Source: Escherichia coli
Lineage (GTDB): Bacteria > Pseudomonadota > Gammaproteobacteria > Enterobacterales > Enterobacteriaceae
Assembly (NCBI RefSeq): GCF_013122565.1
Contig: NZ_CP053258.1
Reading direction: 5' to 3' (one strand)
DNA length: 64,000 nt
Of this stretch, positions 22,978-33,648 are shown piece after piece (within the stretch, counting starts at the first letter, position 1; each line of letters opens with the position of its first letter). The notes beneath the pieces were generated by a model that was not told the origin of the DNA, made no database searches, and saw only the letters and a list, made by a program, of their open reading frames with translations. A program made the translations under genes and the position numbers.

Positions 22978-23793
22978 ATGCTCGAATTATCCATGACGTT
23001 ACCGATTAAAGTGCAAAATGGTGGATTATTTATTTCCCGTGGCGTAGGGAGGCATCCGGCAAGGCGGCTGGAGTCATGGGAAATTATCTTTGTCGAAAAA
23101 GGTCGATTAACGATTCAGGAAGAAGAACGGATATTTCTGGTCGATGCGGGAGAGAGTTTATTACTCTGGCCGAACCGACAGCATGTTGGGGTGGAGGATT
23201 TTCCCGCCGATCTCAAATTTTACTGGCTGCATTTTGAGGTTAAAGCGCCGGACAACGACCCTCGCTGGCTTACTCATCTTAGCGTGCCGCAACAAACGAA
23301 GGTTGCCGATCCGCAGGCGCTGGTGGCCCTGTTTCGCCAGTTCTTAAGCGAACAGGAAAAGCATCAACGCACTCCGGCGCTGGAGTTTATTGTGCTGCTC
23401 ATTTTGCAGCAGCTCACCCGTGACGCGCGTCTTGATGAACAGGCCGATGGCGCAGGCACCACCCTTGCCTGGAAGGCGCAGAAACTGATTCGCACGCAAT
23501 ATCACCGCCCGCTTTCCACGGCGCTTCTGGCCCGCGAGCTGTACTGCAATGCCGATTATCTTGGGCGTGTCTATCGGCGAGTGTTTCATCTGACGCTTAC
23601 AGAAGCAATCCACCGCCAGCGGGTGCGCGAAGCCGAAAAGCTGTTAATTAGCGAAGCTCGATCGCTCACGGAAGTGGCGGCGTTGTGCGGGTTTAATGAC
23701 GTTGGCTATTTCCGGCAGATTTTTCGCAAGCACACCGGTTTAACGCCAGCAGCGTGGAAGCGGCGTTACAGCAAGGAACATATCAATTCGTAG
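22978..23793 (+). CDS. AraC/XylS-family transcriptional regulator
   Basis: 271-aa ORF (true start may be M6 at 22993); N-terminal cupin-like effector domain, C-terminal double HTH (...LTEVAALCGFNDVGYFRQIFRKHTGLTPAAWKRR); divergent from the transporter-hydrolase pair. Confidence 0.8.
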   Translation: MLELSMTLPIKVQNGGLFISRGVGRHPARRLESWEIIFVEKGRLTIQEEERIFLVDAGESLLLWPNRQHVGVEDFPADLKFYWLHFEVKAPDNDPRWLTHLSVPQQTKVADPQALVALFRQFLSEQEKHQRTPALEFIVLLILQQLTRDARLDEQADGAGTTLAWKAQKLIRTQYHRPLSTALLARELYCNADYLGRVYRRVFHLTLTEAIHRQRVREAEKLLISEARSLTEVAALCGFNDVGYFRQIFRKHTGLTPAAWKRRYSKEHINS

Positions 23794-23794
23794 T

Positions 23795-23816
23795 GCCGGG
23801 GCGATGAAGCCCCGGC
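23795..23816. terminator. GC-rich hairpin between convergent AraC-regulator gene and sgbE
   Basis: Stem gccgggg (23795..23801) / ccccggc (23810..23816), 8-nt loop; no clear U-tract, so terminator function is tentative. Confidence 0.4.
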
Positions 23817-23824
23817 GTGAGGGA

Positions 23825-24520
23825 TTACTGCCCGTAATAGGCATTGTCTCCATGCTTACGCAGGTAGTGCTTATCCAGCAGTTCGTTTTGCATGGCAGGG
23901 AGCTGCGGCGCAAGCTGGCGCGAGAACAGGCCCATATAGGCGCACTCTTCCAGCACCACGGCGTTATGCACCGCATCGGCGGCGTTTTTTCCCCAGGCGA
24001 ACGGGCCGTGAGAATGTACCAGTACCGCAGGGATTTGTGCCGGGTTCAGCCCACGCTCTTCGAAGGTTTCAATGATCACTTCGCCGGTCTGGTATTCATA
24101 CTCGCCGTTGATCTCCTCTGCGGTCATCAGGCGCGTGCAGGGGATGGCACCATAGAAATAATCGGCGTGCGTGGTGCCCCAGGCGGGGAGATCCAGCCCG
24201 GCCTGCGACCAGATGGTAGCGTGGCGCGAGTGGGTATGCACAATGCCACCGATTTCGGCATAGCGACGGTAAAGTGCCAGATGCGTTGGCGTATCGGAAG
24301 AGGGCTTTTTGCTACCTTCCACCACCTTGCCGCTGGCTAACTCAACCACCACCATATCGTCGGCGGTCATCACGTCATACTCGACACCGGAAGGTTTAAT
24401 CACCATCCATTGCCGCGTTTCGTCTACCGCGCTGACATTGCCCCAGGTAAACGTCACCAGATGTTGAGCGGGAAGCGCCAGGTTAGCCGCCAGCACGTCG
24501 TTTTTCAGTTGCTCTAACAT
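23825..24520 (-). CDS. sgbE: L-ribulose-5-phosphate 4-epimerase
   Basis: 231-aa [49 protein letters not shown]... (class II aldolase/AraD fold). Confidence 0.9.
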   Translation of the reverse strand: MLEQLKNDVLAANLALPAQHLVTFTWGNVSAVDETRQWMVIKPSGVEYDVMTADDMVVVELASGKVVEGSKKPSSDTPTHLALYRRYAEIGGIVHTHSRHATIWSQAGLDLPAWGTTHADYFYGAIPCTRLMTAEEINGEYEYQTGEVIIETFEERGLNPAQIPAVLVHSHGPFAWGKNAADAVHNAVVLEECAYMGLFSRQLAPQLPAMQNELLDKHYLRKHGDNAYYGQ

Positions 24521-25374
24521 ATAAAACCTGCCTCCTGCATACGCGCTTCAATCCAGCGCCGCGCCTGAATGATCTCCAGCACCGGCTCTTTGGCTTTTTC
24601 GGTCCACATCTCAATCAGGAAAGAACCGCGATAGTTCAGTTCATGCAGCGTTTTGAAGATGCCAACGAAATCGACGCAGCCTTCGCCAAACGGCACATCA
24701 CGGAACTGTCCGGGGCTTTGTTCGGTCACTGGCTGGGTGTCTTTCAGGTGGATCGCGGCGATACGGTCAATGCCCAGTTTCAGTTCGGCGGGAACATCAT
24801 TGCCCCAGGCGCTGAGGTTGCCGACGTCCGGGTAGACGGTGAACCACGGCGAGGCGAGCATCTCGTCCCACTTTTTCCATTTACTGATGGAGTTCATAAA
24901 CGCGGTATCCATAATCTCCACCGCCAGCATTACTTGTGATGCCGCCGCCTGTTCGACCGCCCACGCCAGCCCTTCAGCAAAACGTTGTTGGGTGCCTTCG
25001 TCGTGGTCTTCGTAATAGACGTCATAACCTGCCAGTTGAATGGTGCGAATGCCGAGATCGCGCGCCAGGCGAATTGCTTTACTCATGATCTCCCGCGCCC
25101 GTTCGCGCACCGCTTCGTCCCGGCTGCCAAAAGGAAAACGACGGTGGGCAGACAGGCACATTGACGGAATGGCAACACCCGTTTCGATCATCGCAGTGAC
25201 CAGCGAAGCACGTTGTGCGGCGCTCCAGTCAAGACGTGAGAGCCGTTCGTCGGTTTCATCCACCGACATTTCGACAAAATCAAAGCCACAGCTTTTTGCC
25301 AGCACCAGCCGCTCCGGCCAGGAGAGATCTTTCGCCAGCGCTTTTTCATAAATCCCTAACGGATGATTACGCAC
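24514..25374 (-). CDS. sgbU: L-xylulose-5-phosphate 3-epimerase
   Basis: ORF track 24514..25464; start trimmed to [23 protein letters not shown] (286 aa, TIM-barrel sugar isomerase-like). Confidence 0.85.
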   Translation of the reverse strand: MRNHPLGIYEKALAKDLSWPERLVLAKSCGFDFVEMSVDETDERLSRLDWSAAQRASLVTAMIETGVAIPSMCLSAHRRFPFGSRDEAVRERAREIMSKAIRLARDLGIRTIQLAGYDVYYEDHDEGTQQRFAEGLAWAVEQAAASQVMLAVEIMDTAFMNSISKWKKWDEMLASPWFTVYPDVGNLSAWGNDVPAELKLGIDRIAAIHLKDTQPVTEQSPGQFRDVPFGEGCVDFVGIFKTLHELNYRGSFLIEMWTEKAKEPVLEIIQARRWIEARMQEAGFIC

Positions 25375-26029
25375 GCGCACCTCCCCAGATGGCATCAATT
25401 TGTGCATGGAAATCGCCAGCCACCTGCACCGGATTTGCTGCGCCTGCCAGTGCTCGCCCGGCAATAAACGCTTTCACGCGAATATCTTTAAACAGCGGCA
25501 GGTCAGCAGGGGTAATCCCGCCGGTAATGGAAAGCTCAAGGCCGATATCGGAAAGCGCCTTCATGCGTGCCAGATCGGCCTCGCCCCACTGTTGCCCGCT
25601 GGCCTGTGCATCACGACCGCGATGATAAATGGCCTGCCGCACGCCAATACGATGCCAGTCGCGGGCGTCGTCCAGCGTCCAGTTACCGAACAGCTCTATC
25701 TGAATTTCACCCCCGCAGCGTTGCGCCATTGCGTGGCCTTTTTCTACCGTCGCGAGCGGCGCGGCGCAGATGATGGTCATCCAGTTAGCGCCTGCGCCAA
25801 ACGCCTGTTGCGCGAGCGTTTCACCAGCGTCGGCGACCTTCCAGTCAGCAACGATGATTTTGTCCGGGCACTGTTCGCGCAAGGCTTTCACCGCGCCAAG
25901 CCCTTCGTTTAAACAGAGAATGGTGCCCGCTTCGACGATATCGACGCTGTCTTTTAACAGCGTCACGTCGCGCTGTGCGTCTTCAAGTGATGAGTGGTCG
26001 AGGGCCAGTTGCAGAAGTGGTCGGCTCAT
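25367..26029 (-). CDS. sgbH: 3-keto-L-gulonate-6-phosphate decarboxylase
   Basis: 220-aa [39 protein letters not shown]... (OMP-decarboxylase-like). Confidence 0.9.
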   Translation of the reverse strand: MSRPLLQLALDHSSLEDAQRDVTLLKDSVDIVEAGTILCLNEGLGAVKALREQCPDKIIVADWKVADAGETLAQQAFGAGANWMTIICAAPLATVEKGHAMAQRCGGEIQIELFGNWTLDDARDWHRIGVRQAIYHRGRDAQASGQQWGEADLARMKALSDIGLELSITGGITPADLPLFKDIRVKAFIAGRALAGAANPVQVAGDFHAQIDAIWGGARA

Positions 26030-27522
26030 AATGTGTGCTCCTTGATGCGGGCGTGATAACCCTGAAGTGCGGCAATGAAATGCTGATAGCGTTGGTATTT
26101 TTGTTGGTAAAGCTGATGGGCGGTCATATCCGGCAGCAGGGTGCGTACCGGGTGCTGTAAATCACGTTGGGCTTCGCTGAAATCGCGATAAACTCCGGTG
26201 CCGACGCGGGCGGCAAGTGCTGCACCAAAGCAGCCGGTTTCTTCCACCTGCGGCAGCTCGATACGCAGACCGCTGACGTCCGCCAGCATTTGCATCCAGA
26301 CATCGGAATGCGCCGGGCCGCCAGTGACGCGCAGGGTGTGCACATCAGTAAAACGTTCGCGCATCCGGTTGAGATGGGTCATATGGCTGAACACCACGCC
26401 TTCATAAATGGCCTGCAACAGGTGTGCGCGGGTGTGAATGGCCTGCATCCCGTAGAAACCGCTGGTCATCTCGAGTCCGGCGTTGCTGCCGTACAGGAAC
26501 GGCAGGAAAAAGAGGTCGCCCCCGGCCTTCGGCAAGCTGGCTACGGCCTGGTTAATCTCATCAAACGAGATTTCTCCCCACTGTGCGGTAAACCATTCGA
26601 GGTTGCCGGAAGAGGTGGGGCTGGCTTCGTGAACGATAAATTGACCATCGTTAACGTAGCGACCATAGACATACGGATGCGCTTCACCGTCACGTAAACC
26701 GCGGGTTATGCCGCTGGTCACCGCCCAGGTGCCCATCACCGCATTAAGGGTAAATTCGTCTTCGATCCCGGCACAGAGTGCGGTGGAAACCACATCAAAC
26801 AGGCCGCCGACAACGGGCGTACCCGCTTTCAGACCGGTCAGTGCGGCTGTCTGAGCGGTGATTTCCCCGCAGATTTCGGCAGATCCCACAACCGGCGGCA
26901 GGGCGTGGTTGATTTCAGCGATCCCCAGCCAGTCGGTGAGACACGGGTCATATTTCCCGCGACTCATGTTGTAGAGATTGGACTCGGAAATATTGCTCTC
27001 TTCACAGCCTTTGACGCCAGTTAAACACCAGCGCAGGTAGTCGTGCGTCATCATCACGCAGCCAATTTGCGTGTAGCGTTCCGGTTCGTGCTCTTTCAGC
27101 CAGCGTAACAGCGACACCGGATGCCCGGTCCACAAGGTTTGTCGGGTCAGCGGGTAGAGTTTTTCCGGGATGCCATCTTCCTGCCAGCGGCGAACGATTT
27201 CCATCGCCCGGCGATCCGAGGACAAAATGGCGTTACCGAGCGGCTTGTTGTTTTTATCCAGCAAAAACAAGCCTTTTCCTTGTGCGGAGATACCGATACC
27301 CACTATTTGCTCCCCGCTAACGCCGGAATGGGTAAGCAGGGCGCGAATGACAGCCATGCAGCATTGCCACAGTTCTGCCATATCGCGCTCTGCCCAGCCT
27401 GGCTGCGGGCTTAATGCGCACAGCGGCAGGCGCTGCACGCCTGCCTCCCGGCCTTCGCGGTCATACAGCCCGGCTTTCAGCCAGCTACCGCCACAATCTA
27501 ACCCCAGCCAGTATTGCGTCAT
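26026..27522 (-). CDS. lyxK: L-xylulose/3-keto-L-gulonate kinase
   Basis: 498-aa ORF MTQYWLGLDCGGSWLKAGLYDREGREAG... (FGGY carbohydrate kinase). Confidence 0.9.
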   Translation of the reverse strand: MTQYWLGLDCGGSWLKAGLYDREGREAGVQRLPLCALSPQPGWAERDMAELWQCCMAVIRALLTHSGVSGEQIVGIGISAQGKGLFLLDKNNKPLGNAILSSDRRAMEIVRRWQEDGIPEKLYPLTRQTLWTGHPVSLLRWLKEHEPERYTQIGCVMMTHDYLRWCLTGVKGCEESNISESNLYNMSRGKYDPCLTDWLGIAEINHALPPVVGSAEICGEITAQTAALTGLKAGTPVVGGLFDVVSTALCAGIEDEFTLNAVMGTWAVTSGITRGLRDGEAHPYVYGRYVNDGQFIVHEASPTSSGNLEWFTAQWGEISFDEINQAVASLPKAGGDLFFLPFLYGSNAGLEMTSGFYGMQAIHTRAHLLQAIYEGVVFSHMTHLNRMRERFTDVHTLRVTGGPAHSDVWMQMLADVSGLRIELPQVEETGCFGAALAARVGTGVYRDFSEAQRDLQHPVRTLLPDMTAHQLYQQKYQRYQHFIAALQGYHARIKEHTL

Positions 27523-27525
27523 GGT

Positions 27526-28512
27526 TTATTGCACCTCATCCACGGCTTTCAGCAGATCAGCGCCCTGCGGCACATCTTTAACAAACATGTCGCGAACCTG
27601 ATTCCCCAGCGCGTCGCTAAAGGCTTTGCGGTCGAGATCGGTGATGACTTCCACGCCCGCTTCTTTCATGCCGTCGATGATTTTTTGCTGATCTTCGGCA
27701 ACCAGTTTGCGCTGGTAGTTACCCGCTTCCTGCGCAGATGAAATTAGCGCTTGCTGGAACTCCGGGCTTAAGCCATCAAACTTCGCTTTGTTGATCACCA
27801 CCAGAAGTGGCGAATAGGCGTGGTGCGTCAGAGAAAGGTACTTCTGTACTTCGAAAAATTTTGCTGACCAGACGACGTTGATCGGGTGTTCCTGAGCGTC
27901 GATAGTGCGCGTTTCCAGCCCGGTATAGACTTCGGCAAACGGCATCGGGATTGGGTTAGCGCCAAAGACTTTGAATGCTGCGATATTCATCGGACTATTG
28001 TTGGTGCGGATTTTCAGCCCTTTCAGGTCGGCGGGGGTTTTAACCGGTGCGCGCGAGTTGGTGACATCGCGCCAGCCGTTTTCCCAGTAGGCCAGTACTT
28101 TTAGTCCTTTACCTTCAAGTGAGGCTTTCAGATCATCACCGACTTTGCCGTCGAGCGTTTTATGCGCGTGAGCGGTATCGCGGAACAGGAAAGGGACATC
28201 AAGCAAGTTCATCACTGGTGATAACCCGGCAAAGTTATTCGAGCCGGACATTTCCATATCGATGGTGCCGCCACGTACGCCGCTGATCATCGCCTGCGCG
28301 TTACCGAGAGTGCTGTCCGGGAACAGTTTTAATTTCAGCTCGCCTTTGGTTCTCTCCTGCAATAAATCATTGAATTTTTTCGCCGCAATATGTTGCGAGT
28401 CGGTTTGTGAGGTTTCATAACCGAAACGTAAAGATTGCGCCGCCAGTGAAGGTGTACTGAATGCAGCCAGGCCAGCAATGAATAATGCGTAGGTTACAGA
28501 GCGTAATTTCAT
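27526..28512 (-). CDS. yiaO: TRAP transporter periplasmic solute-binding protein (2,3-diketo-L-gulonate)
   Basis: 328-aa ORF with signal peptide MKLRSVTYALFIAGLAAFSTPSLA; DctP family. Confidence 0.9.
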   Translation of the reverse strand: MKLRSVTYALFIAGLAAFSTPSLAAQSLRFGYETSQTDSQHIAAKKFNDLLQERTKGELKLKLFPDSTLGNAQAMISGVRGGTIDMEMSGSNNFAGLSPVMNLLDVPFLFRDTAHAHKTLDGKVGDDLKASLEGKGLKVLAYWENGWRDVTNSRAPVKTPADLKGLKIRTNNSPMNIAAFKVFGANPIPMPFAEVYTGLETRTIDAQEHPINVVWSAKFFEVQKYLSLTHHAYSPLLVVINKAKFDGLSPEFQQALISSAQEAGNYQRKLVAEDQQKIIDGMKEAGVEVITDLDRKAFSDALGNQVRDMFVKDVPQGADLLKAVDEVQ

Positions 28513-28524
28513 AATATTTTCCTT

Positions 28525-29802
28525 TTAATTAATCCATTTCAAAGGGAGGATGATGAGATCGGGAATAAAAATAAATACGACTAATAATGAATATAAAACC
28601 AGGACGTAAGGGAAAACGCCTCTGACTGCATCATCGAATTTGAGTTTTGCCACCCCTGAAATAACGTTAAGCACATTACCGATAGGCGGTGTAATTAAGC
28701 CGATTGAGCAGTTAATGATAAACATGACACCGAAATAAATCGGATCGATTCCTGCCTCTTTAACTAAAGGCATTAATACCGGGGTAAGAATTAATACCGT
28801 CGGCGTTAAATCCATGACCATGCCGACAATCAGGATAGCCACCATAATGACGATAAACAGCAGACGCGGTGAATCGACTAGCGGTTGCAGTAAATCAGAA
28901 ACCATCATCGGCAGTTCAGCAATGGTGATCAGCCAGGCGGAAACTTGTGCCGAGGCCACCAGAAACATCACCACTGAGGTCGTTTTCGCTGCGCCAATGA
29001 GCACATGCCAAAGTGTGGCGAAGGTCATTTCACGGTAAATAACTGTGGCGACAAACAACGCATAGAAAGCAGCAACGGCCCCGGCTTCGGTAGGGGTAAA
29101 CAGACCGGAGCGAAAACCCCCAATAATGATGACCGGAAGAAACAGCGCCCAGATACCGGAGACAAAAGAGTGCCAGATTTCCTGCATCGTCGCTTTTTGC
29201 TGGCGGGGTAAGTTAAGACGACTGGCCTGCCACCACCAGGTAAGCATCAGCGTTGCGCCCATCATCATGCCAGGGGCAATGCCCGCCATAAACAGCTTAC
29301 TGATGGATAATCCGCTGGAAACGCCGAAGATAATAAACGGAATGGAAGGGGGAATAATTGGCGCGATAATGCCGCCAGAGGCAATCAGCCCCGCAGCCCG
29401 GTTGACCGGGTAGTTGGCGCTGCGCATCATCGGCACCAGTAGTGCGGCAACGGCGGCGGTATCCGCAACGGCAGAACCAGAAAGGCTCGCCATAATCATA
29501 GCCGCCAGCACGCCGACGTAGCCCAGCCCGCCTGGTTTATGCCCCACCAGTTTCATCGGCAGGTCAACAATGCGTTTTGACAAGCCGCCCGCATTCATGA
29601 TTTCACCCGCCAGCACAAAGAACGGAATCGCCAGCAGGGAGAAACTGTCGGCTCCGTTCACCAGCGTTTGTGCCATGATCTGGACATCAAACATCTCCAG
29701 CCAGAACATCAACGCTGCGCCGCATAACAAAAGTGCCCAGGCAATAGGCAAACCGATAGCAATGCCACCTAACAGGCAGCCCAGAAAAATCAGCACAGCC
29801 AT
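28525..29802 (-). CDS. yiaN: TRAP transporter large permease
   Basis: 425-aa polytopic membrane ORF, DctM family. Confidence 0.9.
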   Translation of the reverse strand: MAVLIFLGCLLGGIAIGLPIAWALLLCGAALMFWLEMFDVQIMAQTLVNGADSFSLLAIPFFVLAGEIMNAGGLSKRIVDLPMKLVGHKPGGLGYVGVLAAMIMASLSGSAVADTAAVAALLVPMMRSANYPVNRAAGLIASGGIIAPIIPPSIPFIIFGVSSGLSISKLFMAGIAPGMMMGATLMLTWWWQASRLNLPRQQKATMQEIWHSFVSGIWALFLPVIIIGGFRSGLFTPTEAGAVAAFYALFVATVIYREMTFATLWHVLIGAAKTTSVVMFLVASAQVSAWLITIAELPMMVSDLLQPLVDSPRLLFIVIMVAILIVGMVMDLTPTVLILTPVLMPLVKEAGIDPIYFGVMFIINCSIGLITPPIGNVLNVISGVAKLKFDDAVRGVFPYVLVLYSLLVVFIFIPDLIILPLKWIN

Positions 29803-29804
29803 GA

Positions 29805-30278
29805 TTAAGCTCCTTGCGGTGGCGGCGTTAGAGAATTGCTACGCGTGATGAGTTGATATAAATGACGCAGTTCAAAGAATGCGATAACGAGGCTGGTGGG
29901 CAGACAAGCGGCATACATCAGGCCGATGGGCAAACCGAGGATCGGTGAATAATCGCTCCAGTCCTGAATTGTTTTTAGCGTTGCGCCCCAGGCCAGTGCG
30001 CCACAAATAAATAAGATTAAGGAATGGGTAACCAGAGCGACTCGTCGCTGCCATGCGGGGGAGAGTTTCTCCACCAGAAAGGTGACCTGAACGTGGGCGT
30101 TATCCATAAAAGCCACAATCGCGCCAATAAATGTTAACCAGACAAATAAATAACGCGACAATTCATCTACAGATAAAATACTTGTTTGAAAACCATATCT
30201 TAAAATAATGTTTATAAACACAATACAGGAAAGTACGGCGAGATTAATCGCCAGTATTGCTTCAAGTATTTTTTTCAT
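29805..30278 (-). CDS. yiaM: TRAP transporter small permease
   Basis: 157-aa ORF with 4 TM segments, DctQ family. Confidence 0.9.
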   Translation of the reverse strand: MKKILEAILAINLAVLSCIVFINIILRYGFQTSILSVDELSRYLFVWLTFIGAIVAFMDNAHVQVTFLVEKLSPAWQRRVALVTHSLILFICGALAWGATLKTIQDWSDYSPILGLPIGLMYAACLPTSLVIAFFELRHLYQLITRSNSLTPPPQGA

Positions 30279-30395
30279 AGCTATTCCTTGAGGCTATGTT
30301 TGTCATAATTCAAGTTGCATGTGCAGCAACCTGAATTATTAATATGGTTAGAGTAATAACATTACCCTGGCGTTCTGGCGTAGACGATTATTTGA

Positions 30396-30866
<471 letters not shown>

Positions 30867-30874
30867 TTATCTCC

Positions 30875-31873
30875 TTATAACGCCTGGATTTTGGCCCACA
30901 CGCTGTCATCAACGGTAATACCGTTACGGCGGTTTTCGGCCAGCAGGGTAGTAAATTCGTGGCCGGGTAAGCGGATGGCCTGGTTTTCGTCAGCGCGTTC
31001 AGCGGTAGTAACGTAATCCATGATACGTTGCAGCTTGGCATCGCGGGTGGGACCGTCGATAAGCTTATCTACTTCAATGGCAATAAAAATTTGTGAAATG
31101 CCGTATTCGTCGCTGTTGTCCTGGGTGACTTCGGCAACCGATGCGCCGTCGGAAAGGAGAGTAGCGATCATATCCAGCACAATCGACATGCCAGAACCTT
31201 TCCAGTAGCCCATCGGCAAAATGCGGCGATTCTTCTCGATAACGCCAGGTTCTTTGGTCAAATTGCCCTCATCATCAAAGCCACCATCGACCGGGAGCTG
31301 ACGACCTGCCAGACGGTTAACTTCTAACATGCCGTAAGAGAACATCGACATCGACATATCGACCATGGTGATCGGCGTGGAAGGAATGGCGACGATCAGC
31401 GGGTTAGTGCCGATGCGACACTCTTTTGCGCCCCACGGCGGCATTACGGCGATGGAGTTGGTCCAGCAAATGCCAATATAGCCTTTTTCCGCCGCCTGCC
31501 AGCCGTAGCTGCCGCCGCGCATCCAGTGGTTGGCATTACGAAGTGCCACCAGACCAATACCGTGATCGGCAGCCAGTTCAATGGCGCGATCCATCATCTT
31601 TTTCGCCGTCAGGTTGCCGATCGAACGCTGGGCATCCCACTGTTCAATTGCGCCGAGGCTGGTTATACGTTTGGGTTGGGCATCAGGAATGATATCGCCG
31701 TTTTCCAGTTGTTGAATGAAACGAGGGAAACGATTAACGCCGTGAGAATAAACGCCGGATTCGGTGGTGCGGGCGAACATCTCTGCACAGGCGTCAGCCG
31801 TTTCGCTGTCAACGCCGCGTGAAATTAAGACCCGATTAAAGGCTGCTTTTAACTGCTCAAATGTCACTTTCAT
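30875..31873 (-). CDS. yiaK: 2,3-diketo-L-gulonate reductase
   Basis: 332-aa [52 protein letters not shown]... (Ldh_2 family). Confidence 0.9.
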   Translation of the reverse strand: MKVTFEQLKAAFNRVLISRGVDSETADACAEMFARTTESGVYSHGVNRFPRFIQQLENGDIIPDAQPKRITSLGAIEQWDAQRSIGNLTAKKMMDRAIELAADHGIGLVALRNANHWMRGGSYGWQAAEKGYIGICWTNSIAVMPPWGAKECRIGTNPLIVAIPSTPITMVDMSMSMFSYGMLEVNRLAGRQLPVDGGFDDEGNLTKEPGVIEKNRRILPMGYWKGSGMSIVLDMIATLLSDGASVAEVTQDNSDEYGISQIFIAIEVDKLIDGPTRDAKLQRIMDYVTTAERADENQAIRLPGHEFTTLLAENRRNGITVDDSVWAKIQAL

Positions 31874-32073
31874 CCCAGGCTTCCTTGTTTTTTTGATCGC
31901 TTTTTTGGCTTAAAATTTCAATATGCGAAACTTGATTTCAAATATATCGATCACTTTTTAACAAAGCAATCTGATTGATGAATTTCAAAAGACATAAAAA
32001 TCAAGTGGTTATAAATTATCTGTCGAGATCGTGAACTACGGCACACTTTGCGCTACCATCAGGACGCGACAAA

Positions 32074-32922
32074 ATGGGGAAAGAAGTGATGGGAAAAAAA
32101 GAGAACGAGATGGCGCAGGAAAAAGAGCGTCCAGCCGGAAGCCAGAGTCTGTTTCGCGGGTTGATGCTGATTGAGATTTTGAGCAACTATCCAAACGGTT
32201 GTCCGTTGGCGCATCTTTCGGAGCTGGCTGGTTTAAATAAGAGTACCGTCCATCGCTTATTGCAGGGATTACAGTCCTGCGGCTATGTGACCACCGCGCC
32301 CGCCGCAGGGAGTTACCGCCTGACTACCAAATTTATTGCCGTCGGGCAGAAGGCGCTGTCTTCGCTGAATATCATTCATATCGCCGCTCCGCATCTTGAG
32401 GCACTGAACATCGCCACTGGTGAAACCATTAACTTCTCCAGCCGCGAAGACGATCACGCTATTTTGATTTATAAGCTGGAGCCCACAACCGGGATGCTGC
32501 GAACCCGTGCCTATATTGGCCAGCATATGCCGCTCTACTGTTCCGCAATGGGCAAGATCTACATGGCGTTTGGTCACCCGGACTACGTGAAGTCATACTG
32601 GGAAAGCCATCAGCATGAGATCCAGCCGTTAACCCGCAATACCATTACCGAGCTGCCCGCGATGTTCGACGAACTGGCGCACATTCGTGAAAGCGGAGCG
32701 GCGATGGACAGAGAAGAAAACGAACTCGGCGTCTCCTGTATTGCTGTTCCGGTGTTTGATATTCATGGGCGGGTGCCGTACGCCGTGTCGATTTCGCTTT
32801 CGACATCACGTCTGAAACAGGTGGGGGAGAAAAATCTCCTGAAACCACTGCGTGAAACCGCGCAGGCTATTTCTAATGAACTGGGATTTACTGTCAGGGA
32901 CGACCAGGGCGCGATCACATAA
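32074..32922 (+). CDS. yiaJ: IclR-family repressor of the yiaK-sgbE operon
   Basis: 282-aa ORF MGKEVMGKKENEMAQEKERPAGSQSLFRGLMLIEIL...; divergent from yiaK. Confidence 0.9.
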   Translation: MGKEVMGKKENEMAQEKERPAGSQSLFRGLMLIEILSNYPNGCPLAHLSELAGLNKSTVHRLLQGLQSCGYVTTAPAAGSYRLTTKFIAVGQKALSSLNIIHIAAPHLEALNIATGETINFSSREDDHAILIYKLEPTTGMLRTRAYIGQHMPLYCSAMGKIYMAFGHPDYVKSYWESHQHEIQPLTRNTITELPAMFDELAHIRESGAAMDREENELGVSCIAVPVFDIHGRVPYAVSISLSTSRLKQVGEKNLLKPLRETAQAISNELGFTVRDDQGAIT

Positions 32923-33023
32923 CGCTTTGGACAAGTGCCAAAACTTTAACATTTCCTTCGTTGGATCAAAGCAGTAGGGACGCGCTCTCTGGCACTCTGC
33001 TGTTTTAGTGCAAAGGAGTGATC

Positions 33024-33497
33024 ATGAACCGGTTTATTATTGCGGATGCGACGAAATGTATCGGTTGCCGTACCTGTGAAGTGGCTTGCGCAGTGTCGCA
33101 TCAGGAGAATCAGGATTGCGCTGCGTTGCTACCAGACGAGTTTATTTCCCGTATTCGTGTCATTAAAGACCACACCTGGACCACGGCAGTAGCCTGTCAT
33201 CAGTGTGAAGATGCACCGTGCGCGAATGTCTGCCCTGTTGACGCGATAAGCCGCGAACATGGGCATATTTTCGTTGAACAATCACGTTGTATTGGCTGTA
33301 AAAGCTGTATGCTGGCTTGTCCGTTTGGTGCGATGGAGGTCGTTTCTTCGCGCAAAAAGGCGAGGGCGATTAAGTGCGATCTGTGCTGGCATCGGGCGAC
33401 GGGACCGGCCTGTGTTGAAGCCTGTCCGACAAAGGCGTTGCAGTGCATGGATGTCGAGAAAGTGCAGCGGCATCGGCTACGGCAGCAGCCTGTTTGA
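33024..33497 (+). CDS. ysaA: 4Fe-4S ferredoxin-type protein YsaA
   Basis: ORF track 33018..33497; start taken at MNRFIIADATKCIGCRTCEVACAVSHQ (CxxCxxCxxxC cluster motifs). Confidence 0.85.
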   Translation: MNRFIIADATKCIGCRTCEVACAVSHQENQDCAALLPDEFISRIRVIKDHTWTTAVACHQCEDAPCANVCPVDAISREHGHIFVEQSRCIGCKSCMLACPFGAMEVVSSRKKARAIKCDLCWHRATGPACVEACPTKALQCMDVEKVQRHRLRQQPV

Positions 33498-33539
33498 AAC
33501 GTTTTTCCGGCGTTTCTCAACGCAGGGATAGTGCGCTTT

Positions 33540-33648
33540 GTTTATGCCGGATGCGGCTAAAACGCCTTATCCGGCCTACAAATTCTACCAAATTCAATAT
33601 ATTGCAGAAATCATGTAGGCCTGATAAGCGTAGCGCATCAGGCAATTT
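33540..33648. repeat. REP/BIME elements between ysaA and avtA
   Basis: gccggatgcggctaaaacgccttatccggcctac and gtaggcctgataagcgtagcgcatcaggc palindromes. Confidence 0.8.
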
